DNA from: Tubulanus polymorphus
Lineage: Eukaryota; Animalia; Nemertea
Assembly (NCBI RefSeq): GCF_964204645.1
Contig: NC_134036.1
Span: 2,418,001-2,482,000, forward strand
Reading direction: 5' to 3'
DNA: 64,000 nucleotides
Numbering within the stretch: position 1 is the first letter of the stretch; every line of letters starts with the position of its first letter. Under the pieces are notes generated by a model, which was not told the origin of the DNA, did not search any database, and saw only the letters and a program-made list of their open reading frames with translations. This document shows, piece after piece, positions 54,421 to 64,000 of this stretch. Position numbers and translations under genes: made by a program.

Positions 54421-54637
54421 CAGGACCCGGTTTTATAGACTGGTATTATTGTTAACCAGGGGAGCTAACTCAATCTAAAATGAATTAAAGTTAGCCCCCT
54501 GGTTAAAGGTTATACCGGTCTATAAAACCAGCCCTTGGACTAATATTAACTTTAACAAGGGGAGTTAACTTAATTGAATACTAATTAAGTTAGCCCCCGG
54601 GTTAAAGATAATACCAGTCTTTAAAACCAGACCCAGT
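54421..54637. mobile_element. MITE (Harbinger-like) 54421-54537 followed by a tandem copy of its right part
   Basis: CAGGACCCGGTTTTATAGACTGGTAT / ATACCGGTCTATAAAACCAGCCCTTG; related ends at 29590-29628 and 61249-61409. Confidence 0.72.
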
Positions 54638-54838
54638 TTATAACCCATCGATATCTAGAAAAACATCAGGGGCCAGTAATGAGCAAACTTTTGATAAATC
54701 TCGCGATAGTGTCATTTGGAATTGCACTGTATAAGTTGATGATAATTTTGTCCCACGAGTTAGGCCTAATTTCAGCCAAATTTAGAACAACTGACTCCAG
54801 TTAACTTATTTATTAAGAAGTAATTAAAGTTTTCTCAC

Positions 54839-55700
54839 CTTTCAGAAACTACTGATTGTAGTTTCTTTAAGTTTACTATCCCTGCGCCATCGCCTCCACA
54901 ACCACAACCATCATCAGCTGATTTTGACTGCTTTTGACGGATCCGAAATTGTCAGTTTTTGTCGCCGGTTTTTTCCTCGATTACACCTGAATTCACGAGC
55001 GTTCAAACAGTTCATTGAAGCGTGCACAACTCGTAGTCAATAACGCCGTTAATTTTAAAGTCATCGACGAGTTTTAAATCCTGATTTTCGACGAGTTTTT
55101 TCGACCTAATTTCATCGGAAATTGAAATTCGCGGTGCACATGCCGGCTCCAGCGGTATATGTAGTACTAACACGATGCGTCCATTACGCGCCCCGAGGGA
55201 TGGTAGCATCTACTTCTCTCTATCTCCTCTCAATCTCGAATCTCAAATATCGCGGAAATATCGACGCGAAATATCATTGTCGGATTAACGCCGGTGATTT
55301 TAGAATAAGCGATGAATTTTCCGACGATCTATTTCGCTGTATCGCCGTATCGCCGTATTACGCGAGCGATGCTGAACGGAGGGAGGATAGGCAGCCGACG
55401 TCGCTCTCGCGGTGAACGCGAATTAAATTTCGCGATCGATTTTTTTATCGCAAACTTTACGAAACTCGACGAAAAGGGCGTTATTAAAAAGCGCGATTTG
55501 ATCCGCGATATTTTTCAGCAGCTTTATAAGTCGATCCCGATTCGAGACTTTCTAAGCTCCGAGATGACGGTCTCCATGGCGACGAGGCGATTCACGGGCC
55601 ATCGGAAAAACTAGTTGAACCGCAACGAAATTTTACCCCAAAAATCGTTTCACGCTATCGCCGAATCCCGTGTCGTTCGGTAAGAAAGTCCTAGAAAGTT
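54839..55700 (-). promoter_or_regulatory. Candidate distal first (5'UTR) exon in a CpG-rich region
   Basis: CpG-dense block ends sharply at minus-strand AAG|gtgaga; no long ORF. Link to the NPR gene is inferred. Confidence 0.35.
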
Positions 55701-57834
55701 CAGACGATGATTTCGAAAGTTTTTTGAGTAGAAGGATCACACATACTTAGAACGGTTCCAACCCCCCGACGACATAATTTTTTGTTCACGGAAATAAAAC
55801 CCGGAAATGATTACAAAATTGGCAAAATTACAACAAAAAAACCAGTGTTTTGTACAAAATATCTAAAAAGTTACAAATTGCCACGATTTGAAGCCTACGC
55901 AGAGGCTTTGAAGCGGCTAAAAAATGTTCGAAATTTTGAAAGTTTATATATCTCCTGTCCTGAAATTTCTATCCCGACTGATCAGCTGATAAGCCTGATA
56001 AGCCTTCAGCTGTTCGGGTGCCAGGCTCACCAGTCCCTGCACCACCTAATCCCACTTACCTTACCATCGCGCTGAGATCAGACACGATATTTATAAAGTC
56101 CATAAAAACTTAACAATATTATAGTCCGTTTTGAAACAAGAAGCGTAGTTTCTAAATTTCGAAAAATCGCCACAAAAAACGCGTCGAAAAAGGAAGTTTT
56201 CGAGCTTGACAACTGCATCTCCAGCATCCGCGGGACACTGGCTGCAGCTGTGATGCTTTCTAAATAGTTGTCATCGGTCCTATAGCATTCTAAAAAACCA
56301 AACGCGTTATCAGGTTATACGACACTGGCTTAAAGGTTAAAACAATGGCCGCTGAGATGCGTTTATAACAGATATCTCCTCGAGTGAACCCCCGCTGCGC
56401 TGATACCAGTCTCATCGCCTTATAAGGAAGGCGCATTTTTCATTTTCGAAAAAATTCATCTAATTTCCCTAATTAATAATCTTAAGATGTTTTTTAATTT
56501 GAATTGTCTGATTTGAGATGATTTCTGATAGTGCAGCGAGAAAGAGTGCAGAACTAGCTTTGTTTGACATCAATTTGAATTCGCATATCGGGCCAGCCGC
56601 ATAGGTTCGAATCCTGTTTTGATGGTGTGAGTTTTAGACGGTCTAGACGTCGTTATTCAGATCTTTACAATTCGGGACCTGTTTTCTTAGTTCTCGTGGG
56701 TGGATTCCAAATCAGGAGTTTAGGGCTGGGGGCCCAAAAACCACCTAGGTCTGTAGTTGTATCGTGAACGGTGGGTCTGGGCGTGAAGTCTTTCAGGAGG
56801 GTTTGGGGCCCTTCAAGAGATTTTTTTTAAAATGATCATTCCCTAGGAACGTTAAATGATCCTATCAACATCTAAGGGATTCCACTAGATTACCAGAAAT
56901 GATTTGTGAAAATGTTATCTTGGCAAACATAGGGGGCGGGCTCCCTGGGTCCCTCTAAATCTGTCCCTTTTGTTCTCAAGGAATTCGAGCTTTTTCGTAG
57001 CCAGGTTTGAGGCGTTTGAACCAAGGATTTATGACAACACGTGGTCGGTGCGCGTCCTTGTCTACCGCCACAGCGGCGGTGCGTTGGGTTCGAATCCCGT
57101 TATATCCGCTAATCTGAATGAGATTGTTGCTTCTTTTTTCGAAAATACATAAACAGGAAATTGAAAGCCTATTGAAATTGCCCCAGTTTGTCAGAAAATA
57201 AGTTGAACATTTTTATCCTCTTTATGAATTTTTTGTAATTATCATGCACATGGCTTAGCTAGGAAATCCACATTTAAATCTCCATTACCAGAGATAACTT
57301 TTAGAAAAAAAATAATTTAATATCCTCATCTATTCCGGCGATTAACGGTATATTGTTCAAAGCAGGGCTTAAATAAAACGGTATTTTATGCTTCGGTTGG
57401 GGAAAAATGGAAATTATGATTTGTTGCCAATGACAACCTCGCAATATCAGCAATTCAAATGGATCAAGTTGCATGAAATCGAAACAGATGTTTAAGCATT
57501 TTGTGCATTGCCTTTCAAATGTTTTTTTTTAATCGGTTTTTTTTCTCTTTTCTCTCCGATTCTAGTGCGTCGATCGGGTATTTGGAAGTTGTGAAAAACA
57601 GGAATTGTTCGCCGAGGGCAGCTGCAAACCGAGATACGTACGAAATATCGAAAAAATGCAGTTGATCATCGATGCGCCAGCAAAATGTAAGGAACTCGGG
57701 GGATTTTTTTTCAAGGTCGATTTCTTCCCTCGGAGATTGGGAAAAAAAAACGAAAAAAAAGTGACGCGATGAAAGTAGTTTCGGCGGCTTTTCTGTAATA
57801 AATGTCGTTAGTGTTAGAATTTTCGATATAAATA

Positions 57835-58008
57835 CAGTTCAATCCGCTTAATTCGGATCATTTGGGACCAACAAAATTCACCCGGTTTACAGAAAATCGG
57901 GATTAACAGTCAATTTCTTGTACGTTAACGAACAAATGTACTGCAATTAATGCCCTGGGTCAGACCGTAATCCGGATAAAGTCGATCCGGATTAAGCAGA
58001 TTTCACTG
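57835..58008. mobile_element. pogo/Tigger-like MITE
   Basis: TA|CAGTTCAATCCGCTTAATTCGGAT ... ATCCGGATTAAGCAGATTTCACTG. Confidence 0.68.
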
Positions 58009-59290
58009 AAGTAACAAGTGACTTGACCTTTCTTCAACAAATATCCCATGATTATCCCCGATAATCCGGATTAAGCAGTTTCGGATTGAGCGGGTTTATA
58101 CAAATTCAAAATCTTATCTTGATGAAACTAAATGAATTTATTTGAAGATTTTGATCCATCAATGTATCCGCAATGTATATCGATGTCTTCCACGTCGTTT
58201 TTTCAGGATCGCTTACAAAATTAAACCACCAAGCCGCTGCCGCGCGAACGTTTCCTTATCACTTGGTTTCTCAAGCTGGAAAATGAACGGATGGTATAAT
58301 GTTTATACGACAGATGAATTTATGAAAATGACATCAAAATTGGGGGGCCGATAGGGTGAGTTTTTTTGGTACAAAACAGGTTAGTTTCCATTTCATCTCC
58401 CTCTCAAAAGGAGGAGGCCGCGTCGAGGTTCTGTGTTTTGGATTTAAGAAGTTTCTCACACTCCTGTACAGTTATTCCCCTCGCTCTCAAAAAAGATGTT
58501 TGAAAAATGTTTTAATCATAATGTTGAAAAGTGCCGCCGATCAGAGACCAGGGTCAAAAATGATAGCGTTTGAATTGCAACTGGTACCGGAAATGACTCA
58601 CTTCGCTTTGATTGAACATTGTTTAGTATCGAGTGAGTAGTTTGCGTGTGAACGCGCTCTCTAATTAGGCACGGGCCAAATTTGACTCGGGCCTGATCCG
58701 TGCCAATTTGGCACGGGCCGAATCGTCTCCGTGTGATCACAGCTAAACGATAGATGAACTCTTTCTCTGGGGTAAACAGGGTTGTCATAGGTTCGAACCC
58801 AGTTATTCCTGAAGTAACGGGTTGCTTTTTAACAGCACATAGAGTATCGGCTCCAAATGACCACACAAACATATTCAAACTGAGAACTCTCGTATTCATG
58901 TATGTAGTTTGTGTGAAAGCGATGCGCGATTATTTCAGTAAAATATTCCAGAAAGTTTCACCTATATCTACATAAATATGTATGAATAGAGAAAGAATTT
59001 AGGACCGAAGGCTTAACAGAAACTATATCTAATAAGATATGAGAATTAGATTGAATTCACTCCTCTCCGACCGATGTAGAACACATCTATTCAAATGTTC
59101 CATTATGGTTAATGAGATGAACTGCATTCAATAGAGATATACTATGATAACTTGGTGAAACGTGACTTGATTGGTCGGATATACTCGGCAGGAGTCTGAT
59201 GTAACCAGGGTTCAATTTACTTCAATTTATCATTTAACAGATCGTTCAACATGATTCGTACAATAGAACGCTAACCATAGACTTATTACA

Positions 59291-60358
59291 ATGTTCACTC
59301 CTAGTGACAATACGACAAGTGGCCCGGTCCTGCAGCTCAGCTTGTGTCAGAGAATCCAAACTCGCCCGGTTCTAGTCAAATCAAAATTCAGTGTTCTAAT
59401 GTATTTAGGATGTTATCTACCGGCGTCAGTATTGGGTATAACATTCAACGCATTCACGTTGTTAGTTCTAAAACGGTTTAAATCTGATGTTTATTTTCTC
59501 ATCAAAATTCTCGCTGTAAACGATATTTTGTTTATGATCGCTACATTCATTCTGTATCCGCTGAGAACTGCGTACATTTACGCCGTTTTGGGAGATATGT
59601 TATTACGGGTGCACAGCGACTGGAATTTCGGGTGGATTTTTATTTCAATATCTTTGCCGTTTTTCTATATATTTCAGATGACACGTAACTGGTGCACTGT
59701 ACTGCTCAGTCTAGAGCGGTTAATCGTCGTATTGTTTCCAATAAAATCTCGTAGAATTCCCAGAAAGCTGATCTCACAGGGCGCAATGTTATTTATTTCT
59801 GCGTTGGGTTTTTGTGGTCATTTAGGTCAATTTTTACCCCTCAAACATCTTGGATTCCTGAACTGTCCAGACTATTGGCCTTATATCACAAGACGGCGTG
59901 GTAGAAGGATCCGGTACAACTTTGACATATATTTCTGGAATTATTCAGTTTCTGGGCAGACTCTTTTCTTATATCTTACCGTCACATTTCCTCTGTTCAT
60001 TTTGGTTTTCATCAATGTTATTCTTATTTCGGCGACATTTTACCGTCGGGTTACTCGACGTTCACAGCTCGGTGTAACTGATGAATCGTCTAGAAGGGAA
60101 ATGAGGATTTTAAGGATGGTTTTATCAGTTGTTTTATTGTTTATTATTTGCGAAGGTTTGGGATTTGTGGATCGTAGAAAACAATGGTTCCCCATAAAGG
60201 AAAGCGGTTTTTCTTTTAGAATAATCGCATTGGCATTTTCAATTGTTGATTCATCAGTAAATTTCATTATATATTGTGTGACAAATGACAAATTCAGAAA
60301 ATCGTCCGTTGACATTCTCAGTAAAGCTTGTTCTAGAAAAGGTTCTCGTTTTCGATGA
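59291..60358 (+). CDS. Intronless class A GPCR, FMRFamide/sex-peptide-receptor-like (putative chemosensory lineage expansion), copy 1
   Basis: 355 aa, seven hydrophobic segments, GxxxN (TM1), LAxxD (TM2), SLERLIVV.FP (TM3), SSVNFIIYC..N.KFR (TM7/H8), N-glycosylation site NTT. Confidence 0.93.
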   Translation: MFTPSDNTTSGPVLQLSLCQRIQTRPVLVKSKFSVLMYLGCYLPASVLGITFNAFTLLVLKRFKSDVYFLIKILAVNDILFMIATFILYPLRTAYIYAVLGDMLLRVHSDWNFGWIFISISLPFFYIFQMTRNWCTVLLSLERLIVVLFPIKSRRIPRKLISQGAMLFISALGFCGHLGQFLPLKHLGFLNCPDYWPYITRRRGRRIRYNFDIYFWNYSVSGQTLFLYLTVTFPLFILVFINVILISATFYRRVTRRSQLGVTDESSRREMRILRMVLSVVLLFIICEGLGFVDRRKQWFPIKESGFSFRIIALAFSIVDSSVNFIIYCVTNDKFRKSSVDILSKACSRKGSRFR

Positions 60359-60830
60359 ATAGCTGGCGTGAGTTGAGATCAGACAATTCTACAGTGGAAC
60401 TCGCTCCGGATTACCTTTTAGTTCGGATGAAATATAATGTTCGGTCCATCTGAACAGGAACCATCATCTAAACTATTATTTATAATCCGGGTTTAATTTA
60501 ATTCGGGTGAATCTGGACGCCGTCCTTAGCTTTCCGTGTTGTAGTGATATCTCTTGCGATCTTATTCAATTACCGGTATACATCGAACTCACGCGAAGTA
60601 GCGAAGTTATTCACTGCTGAAAGTTAACAAAGGTCACACTGTTTATATTAGTAAAAAAAAACTGATTGAATATAAAATAGTTTGAACGTTAAGTAAGAAA
60701 AACCCACAATTAAATTTTAAAGAAAATCTCGATGAAAATCTAATAGAGAGGCATCAAAACTGTCCGAACATTTCTCAAACTGGAAAAGAAAGGACAAAAG
60801 GACGATGGTATTTAAATAATGTTTATGCAA

Positions 60831-60945
60831 CAGGACCCAGTTCCACAGTTCTGAGTTAAGATTTGACTCTGGGTGAACTCATTGAAAATGAACTAACGGT
60901 AACTCAAGAGTTAACTCTAACTCACAACTCTGGAACTGGGTCCTG
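60831..60945. mobile_element. MITE (PIF/Harbinger-like) with paralogous empty sites
   Basis: CAGGACCCAGTTCCACAGTT / AACTCTGGAACTGGGTCCTG; absent at the homologous sites 58311 and 63923. Confidence 0.9.
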
Positions 60946-61248
60946 ATGAATTCATAAAACTGACATCAAAACTGCGGTTAGTTTTTTACAAAACAGGTTA
61001 ATCTGCATTTCATCTCCGTTCGAATTATCAGGTTGTAAAAATGCTACAGCAAATCACCCGCCCTATAATAGAGCCTTAAGTAGTCCAAGAGTTATCAGAT
61101 CGGTAGTAAAATGTTACATCGACTATATAAACAAAATAGTCTTAGACTGGACTTAAATGTAAGCTAGGCCACTGGATGATGCGGATAGTTGGTATGCTGT
61201 AGGTGATTGGCAGGATGAAATCTTACATTAGTGTTATAAGTTACCCTC

Positions 61249-61409
61249 GGCCCGGTTTCATAGACTGGTATCAAAGTAATCCCTAGGGGTAAATCCTCAA
61301 TTTGGGTGACAACCGCCATAGTTACAATGAGAAACCATGGTTATAACTGACAAATTTCAAAATGTTCCCAGGGACTATCTTTCTTCCACATCTATGAAAC
61401 CCAGCCCAG
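61249..61409. mobile_element. MITE abutting the 3' stem-loop of the truncated U5 copy
   Basis: GGCCCGGTTTCATAGA / TCTATGAAACCCAGCC inverted ends. Confidence 0.65.
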
Positions 61410-61468
61410 GTGAGGAGGGCTTCAAAAATCAGTCAATAGACTCATTGGTTGTTCCTCTTCACGGAAAT
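61407..61468 (-). pseudogene. Truncated U5 snRNA copy (3' half)
   Basis: ATTTCCGTGAAGAGGAACAACCAATGAGTC..GATTTTTGAAGCCCTCC; loop I and the 5' half are missing. Confidence 0.85.
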
Positions 61469-61552
61469 GTTTTTTTTTTTCATCTTAACATTTATTTGGC
61501 TGGTTGGTGGTGATTGAATGACAGTACATTTCCTATATTATTGTCATATTTT

Positions 61553-61671
61553 ACCCACCTGGTAAGGAGGGCTTTAAAAATAAGTCCACAGACTCGTTGG
61601 TTGTTCCTCTCCACGGAAATCTTTAGTAAAAGGCGAAAGATTTAAACGCGGTTGAAGAGAAACCTGAGTAC
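61553..61671 (-). ncRNA. U5: U5 spliceosomal snRNA (variant Sm site)
   Basis: TACTCAGGTTTCTCTTCA..TAAATCTTTCGCCTTTTACTAAAGATTTCCGTGGAGAGGAACAA..GAGTC..TATTTTTAA plus 3' stem-loop; invariant loop I GCCUUUUAC intact. Confidence 0.93.
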
Positions 61672-62105
61672 CAGTACCCTGAGTCCTCGAGATATTTATA
61701 CCCCGAAACCGTTGCCTTTACACCATGCCTTTTACTTTCGACAAAATTTAGATTTTTTTCTGCTACAAAATCGGGTCTTTTAGCCAGAAGTTTCCACAGA
61801 TTTCAGTCGGAATTTTATCCAAATTCATATTACACTTAATTAGATCAATCAACAAGCAATGATGCTACATTTACAAATATATGATTATATTCATAATAAT
61901 GGTATCTCGTTTTCCGTGAGTGCTCGGTAAATTCCGTCAATCTCCGACTAGGTGCACGACTCACACTCGCCACCCTCTAATGTGACTCGGACCAAATCGT
62001 CTCCGTATGATCGCGGCTAAACATTAGATAAAATGCCTAACTTTTGGGTGTTATAGGTTCGAACCCAGTTATTACTGAACCAGGTTTCTTTAACAGGACA
62101 GAATA

Positions 62106-62228
62106 TTTTTTTATCTTAAAATAAGAATTGACTCCGTTATCTATTTGATTGGTAAATTCCGTTTGATTTTCGATCTTGGTGTCCCTTACAAACCCACCAC
62201 ACCTGCCGGTATCGGAACAGGGGGTTTG
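62106..62228 (-). mobile_element. SINE/retroposon-like insertion specific to GPCR unit 2
   Basis: Absent from the homologous position near 58835-58845; A-tail on the minus strand. Confidence 0.72.
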
Positions 62229-62678
62229 TTATCGGCCCCGAATGACCACACAAACTGTGAACTGAGAACTCTCGTATTCATGTGTGTGCTTTGTGTGAAA
62301 GCGATACGCGATTATTTCAGTAAAATATTCCAGAAAGATTCACTTCTATACATACATGTATATGAATAGAGAATATTTAGGACCGAAGGCTTAACAAAAC
62401 TTTATCTAATAAGATATGAGAATTAGATTGAATTCACTCCTCTCCGACCGATGTAGAACACATTTATTCAAATGTTCCACTATGGTCTATAAGCTGAACT
62501 GCATTCAACAGAGATGAAATAATGATAACTTGGTGAAACTTGACTTGATTGGTCGGATATACTCGGCAGGAGTCTGATGTAACAAGGGGTCAATTTACTT
62601 CAATTTATCATTTAACAGATCGTTCAACATGATTCGTACAATAGAACGCTAACCATAGACTTATTACAGCGGCCGAAA

Positions 62679-63740
62679 ATGTTCACTCCTAGTGACAATA
62701 CGACAAGTCACCCGGTCCCACAGCTCAGCTGGTGTCAGAGAGTCCAAACTCATCCGATTAGATTTAAGTTCAGTTTCAACATTAAAATGTATTTGGGATG
62801 TTATCTACCGGCGTCAGTACTAGGTATAACATTCAACGCATTCACGTTATTAGTTCTAAAACGGTTTAAATCTGATGTTTATTTTCTCATCAAAATTCTC
62901 GCTATAAACGATCTGTTGTTTATGGTCGCTACATTCATTCTTTATCCGCTGAGAACTGCGTACATTTACGCCGTTTTGGGAGATATTTTGTTCCGCGCAG
63001 ATGATTGGAATCTCGGGTGGATTTTTATTTCAATATCTTTGCCGTTTTTCTATATATTTCAGACGACTCGTAACTGGTGCACTGTACTGCTCAGTCTAGA
63101 GCGGTTAATCGTCGTATTGTTTCCAATAAAATCTCGTAGAATTCCCAGAAAGCAGATCTCACAGGGCGCAATGTTATTTATTGCATTTTTGGGTTTTTGT
63201 GGTCATTTAGGTCAATTTATACCCCGCAGATATTTTGGATTCATGAACTGTCCAGACTATTGGCCTTATATCACATTACGGCGTGGACAGATCCGGTACA
63301 ATTTTAACATAGGATTCTGGATTTATTCAGTTTCTGAGCGGACTTTTTTCTTATATCTTACTGTCACGTTTCCTCTGTTCATTTTGGTTTTCATCAATGT
63401 TATTCTTATTTCGGCGACATTTTACCGTCGGGTTGCTCGACGTTCAGAGCTCGGTGTAACTGATGAATCGTCTAGAAGGGAAATGAGGGTTTTAAGGATG
63501 GTTTTATCAGTGGTTTTATTGTTTATTATTTGCGAAGGTTTGGGCTTTGTGGATCGTCAGCGAAAGTGGTTCCCCTTAGAAAATATCGGTTTTTCTTTTA
63601 GAATAATCGCATTGGCATTTTCTATTGTTGATTCGTCAGTAAATTTCATTATATATTGTGTGACAAATGAAAAATTCAGAAAATCGTCCGTTGACATTCT
63701 CAGTAAAGCTTGTTCTAGAAAAGGTTCTTGTTTTCGATGA
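62679..63740 (+). CDS. Intronless class A GPCR, tandem paralogue, copy 2
   Basis: 353 aa, colinear with copy 1; flanks are duplicated too. Confidence 0.93.
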   Translation: MFTPSDNTTSHPVPQLSWCQRVQTHPIRFKFSFNIKMYLGCYLPASVLGITFNAFTLLVLKRFKSDVYFLIKILAINDLLFMVATFILYPLRTAYIYAVLGDILFRADDWNLGWIFISISLPFFYIFQTTRNWCTVLLSLERLIVVLFPIKSRRIPRKQISQGAMLFIAFLGFCGHLGQFIPRRYFGFMNCPDYWPYITLRRGQIRYNFNIGFWIYSVSERTFFLYLTVTFPLFILVFINVILISATFYRRVARRSELGVTDESSRREMRVLRMVLSVVLLFIICEGLGFVDRQRKWFPLENIGFSFRIIALAFSIVDSSVNFIIYCVTNEKFRKSSVDILSKACSRKGSCFR

Positions 63741-64000
63741 ACAGGTGGCGTGAGTTGAGATGAGACAATTCTACTGTGGAACTCGCTCCGGATTTTCGAA
63801 GAAAAACCCACAATTAAATTAAAAAAGAAAATCTCGAAGAGAATCTAATACAGAGGTATCAAAACTTTCCGAACATTTCTCAAACTGGAAAAGAAAGGAT
63901 AAAAAGGACGATGTTTTCACAACAGATGAATTCATAAAACTGACATCAAAACTGGGGTTAGTTTTTTTGCAAAATAGGTTAATCTGCATTCCTTCTCCGT

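Overview
Animal (invertebrate, probably lophotrochozoan; inferred from gene content only) nuclear DNA, mostly non-coding. About 1-55 kb appears to be the 5' part of a large minus-strand natriuretic-peptide-receptor / receptor guanylyl cyclase gene: two clear coding exons at 9384-8863 and 8443-8053, plus candidate micro-exons and distant 5'UTR exons. This region holds seven intact tRNA genes (5 Thr-AGT, 1 Ile-AAT, 1 Asn-GTT), two Thr pseudogenes, many minisatellites and several MITE families. The right end has a tandem duplication of an intronless FMRFamide/sex-peptide-receptor-like GPCR, with a U5 snRNA gene and a truncated U5 copy between the two. The most striking observation is that the 69-bp 'minisatellite' at 0.7-1.5 kb and 17.2-17.6 kb is an array of minimal type I hammerhead ribozymes (stem I-CUGAAGA-stem II-GAAACGUH-stem I) of the Penelope/retrozyme kind. 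All intact copies are antisense to the host gene, and one locus is inverted exactly at ribozyme stem II. Nearly all other ORFs in the track are repeat or chance artefacts.
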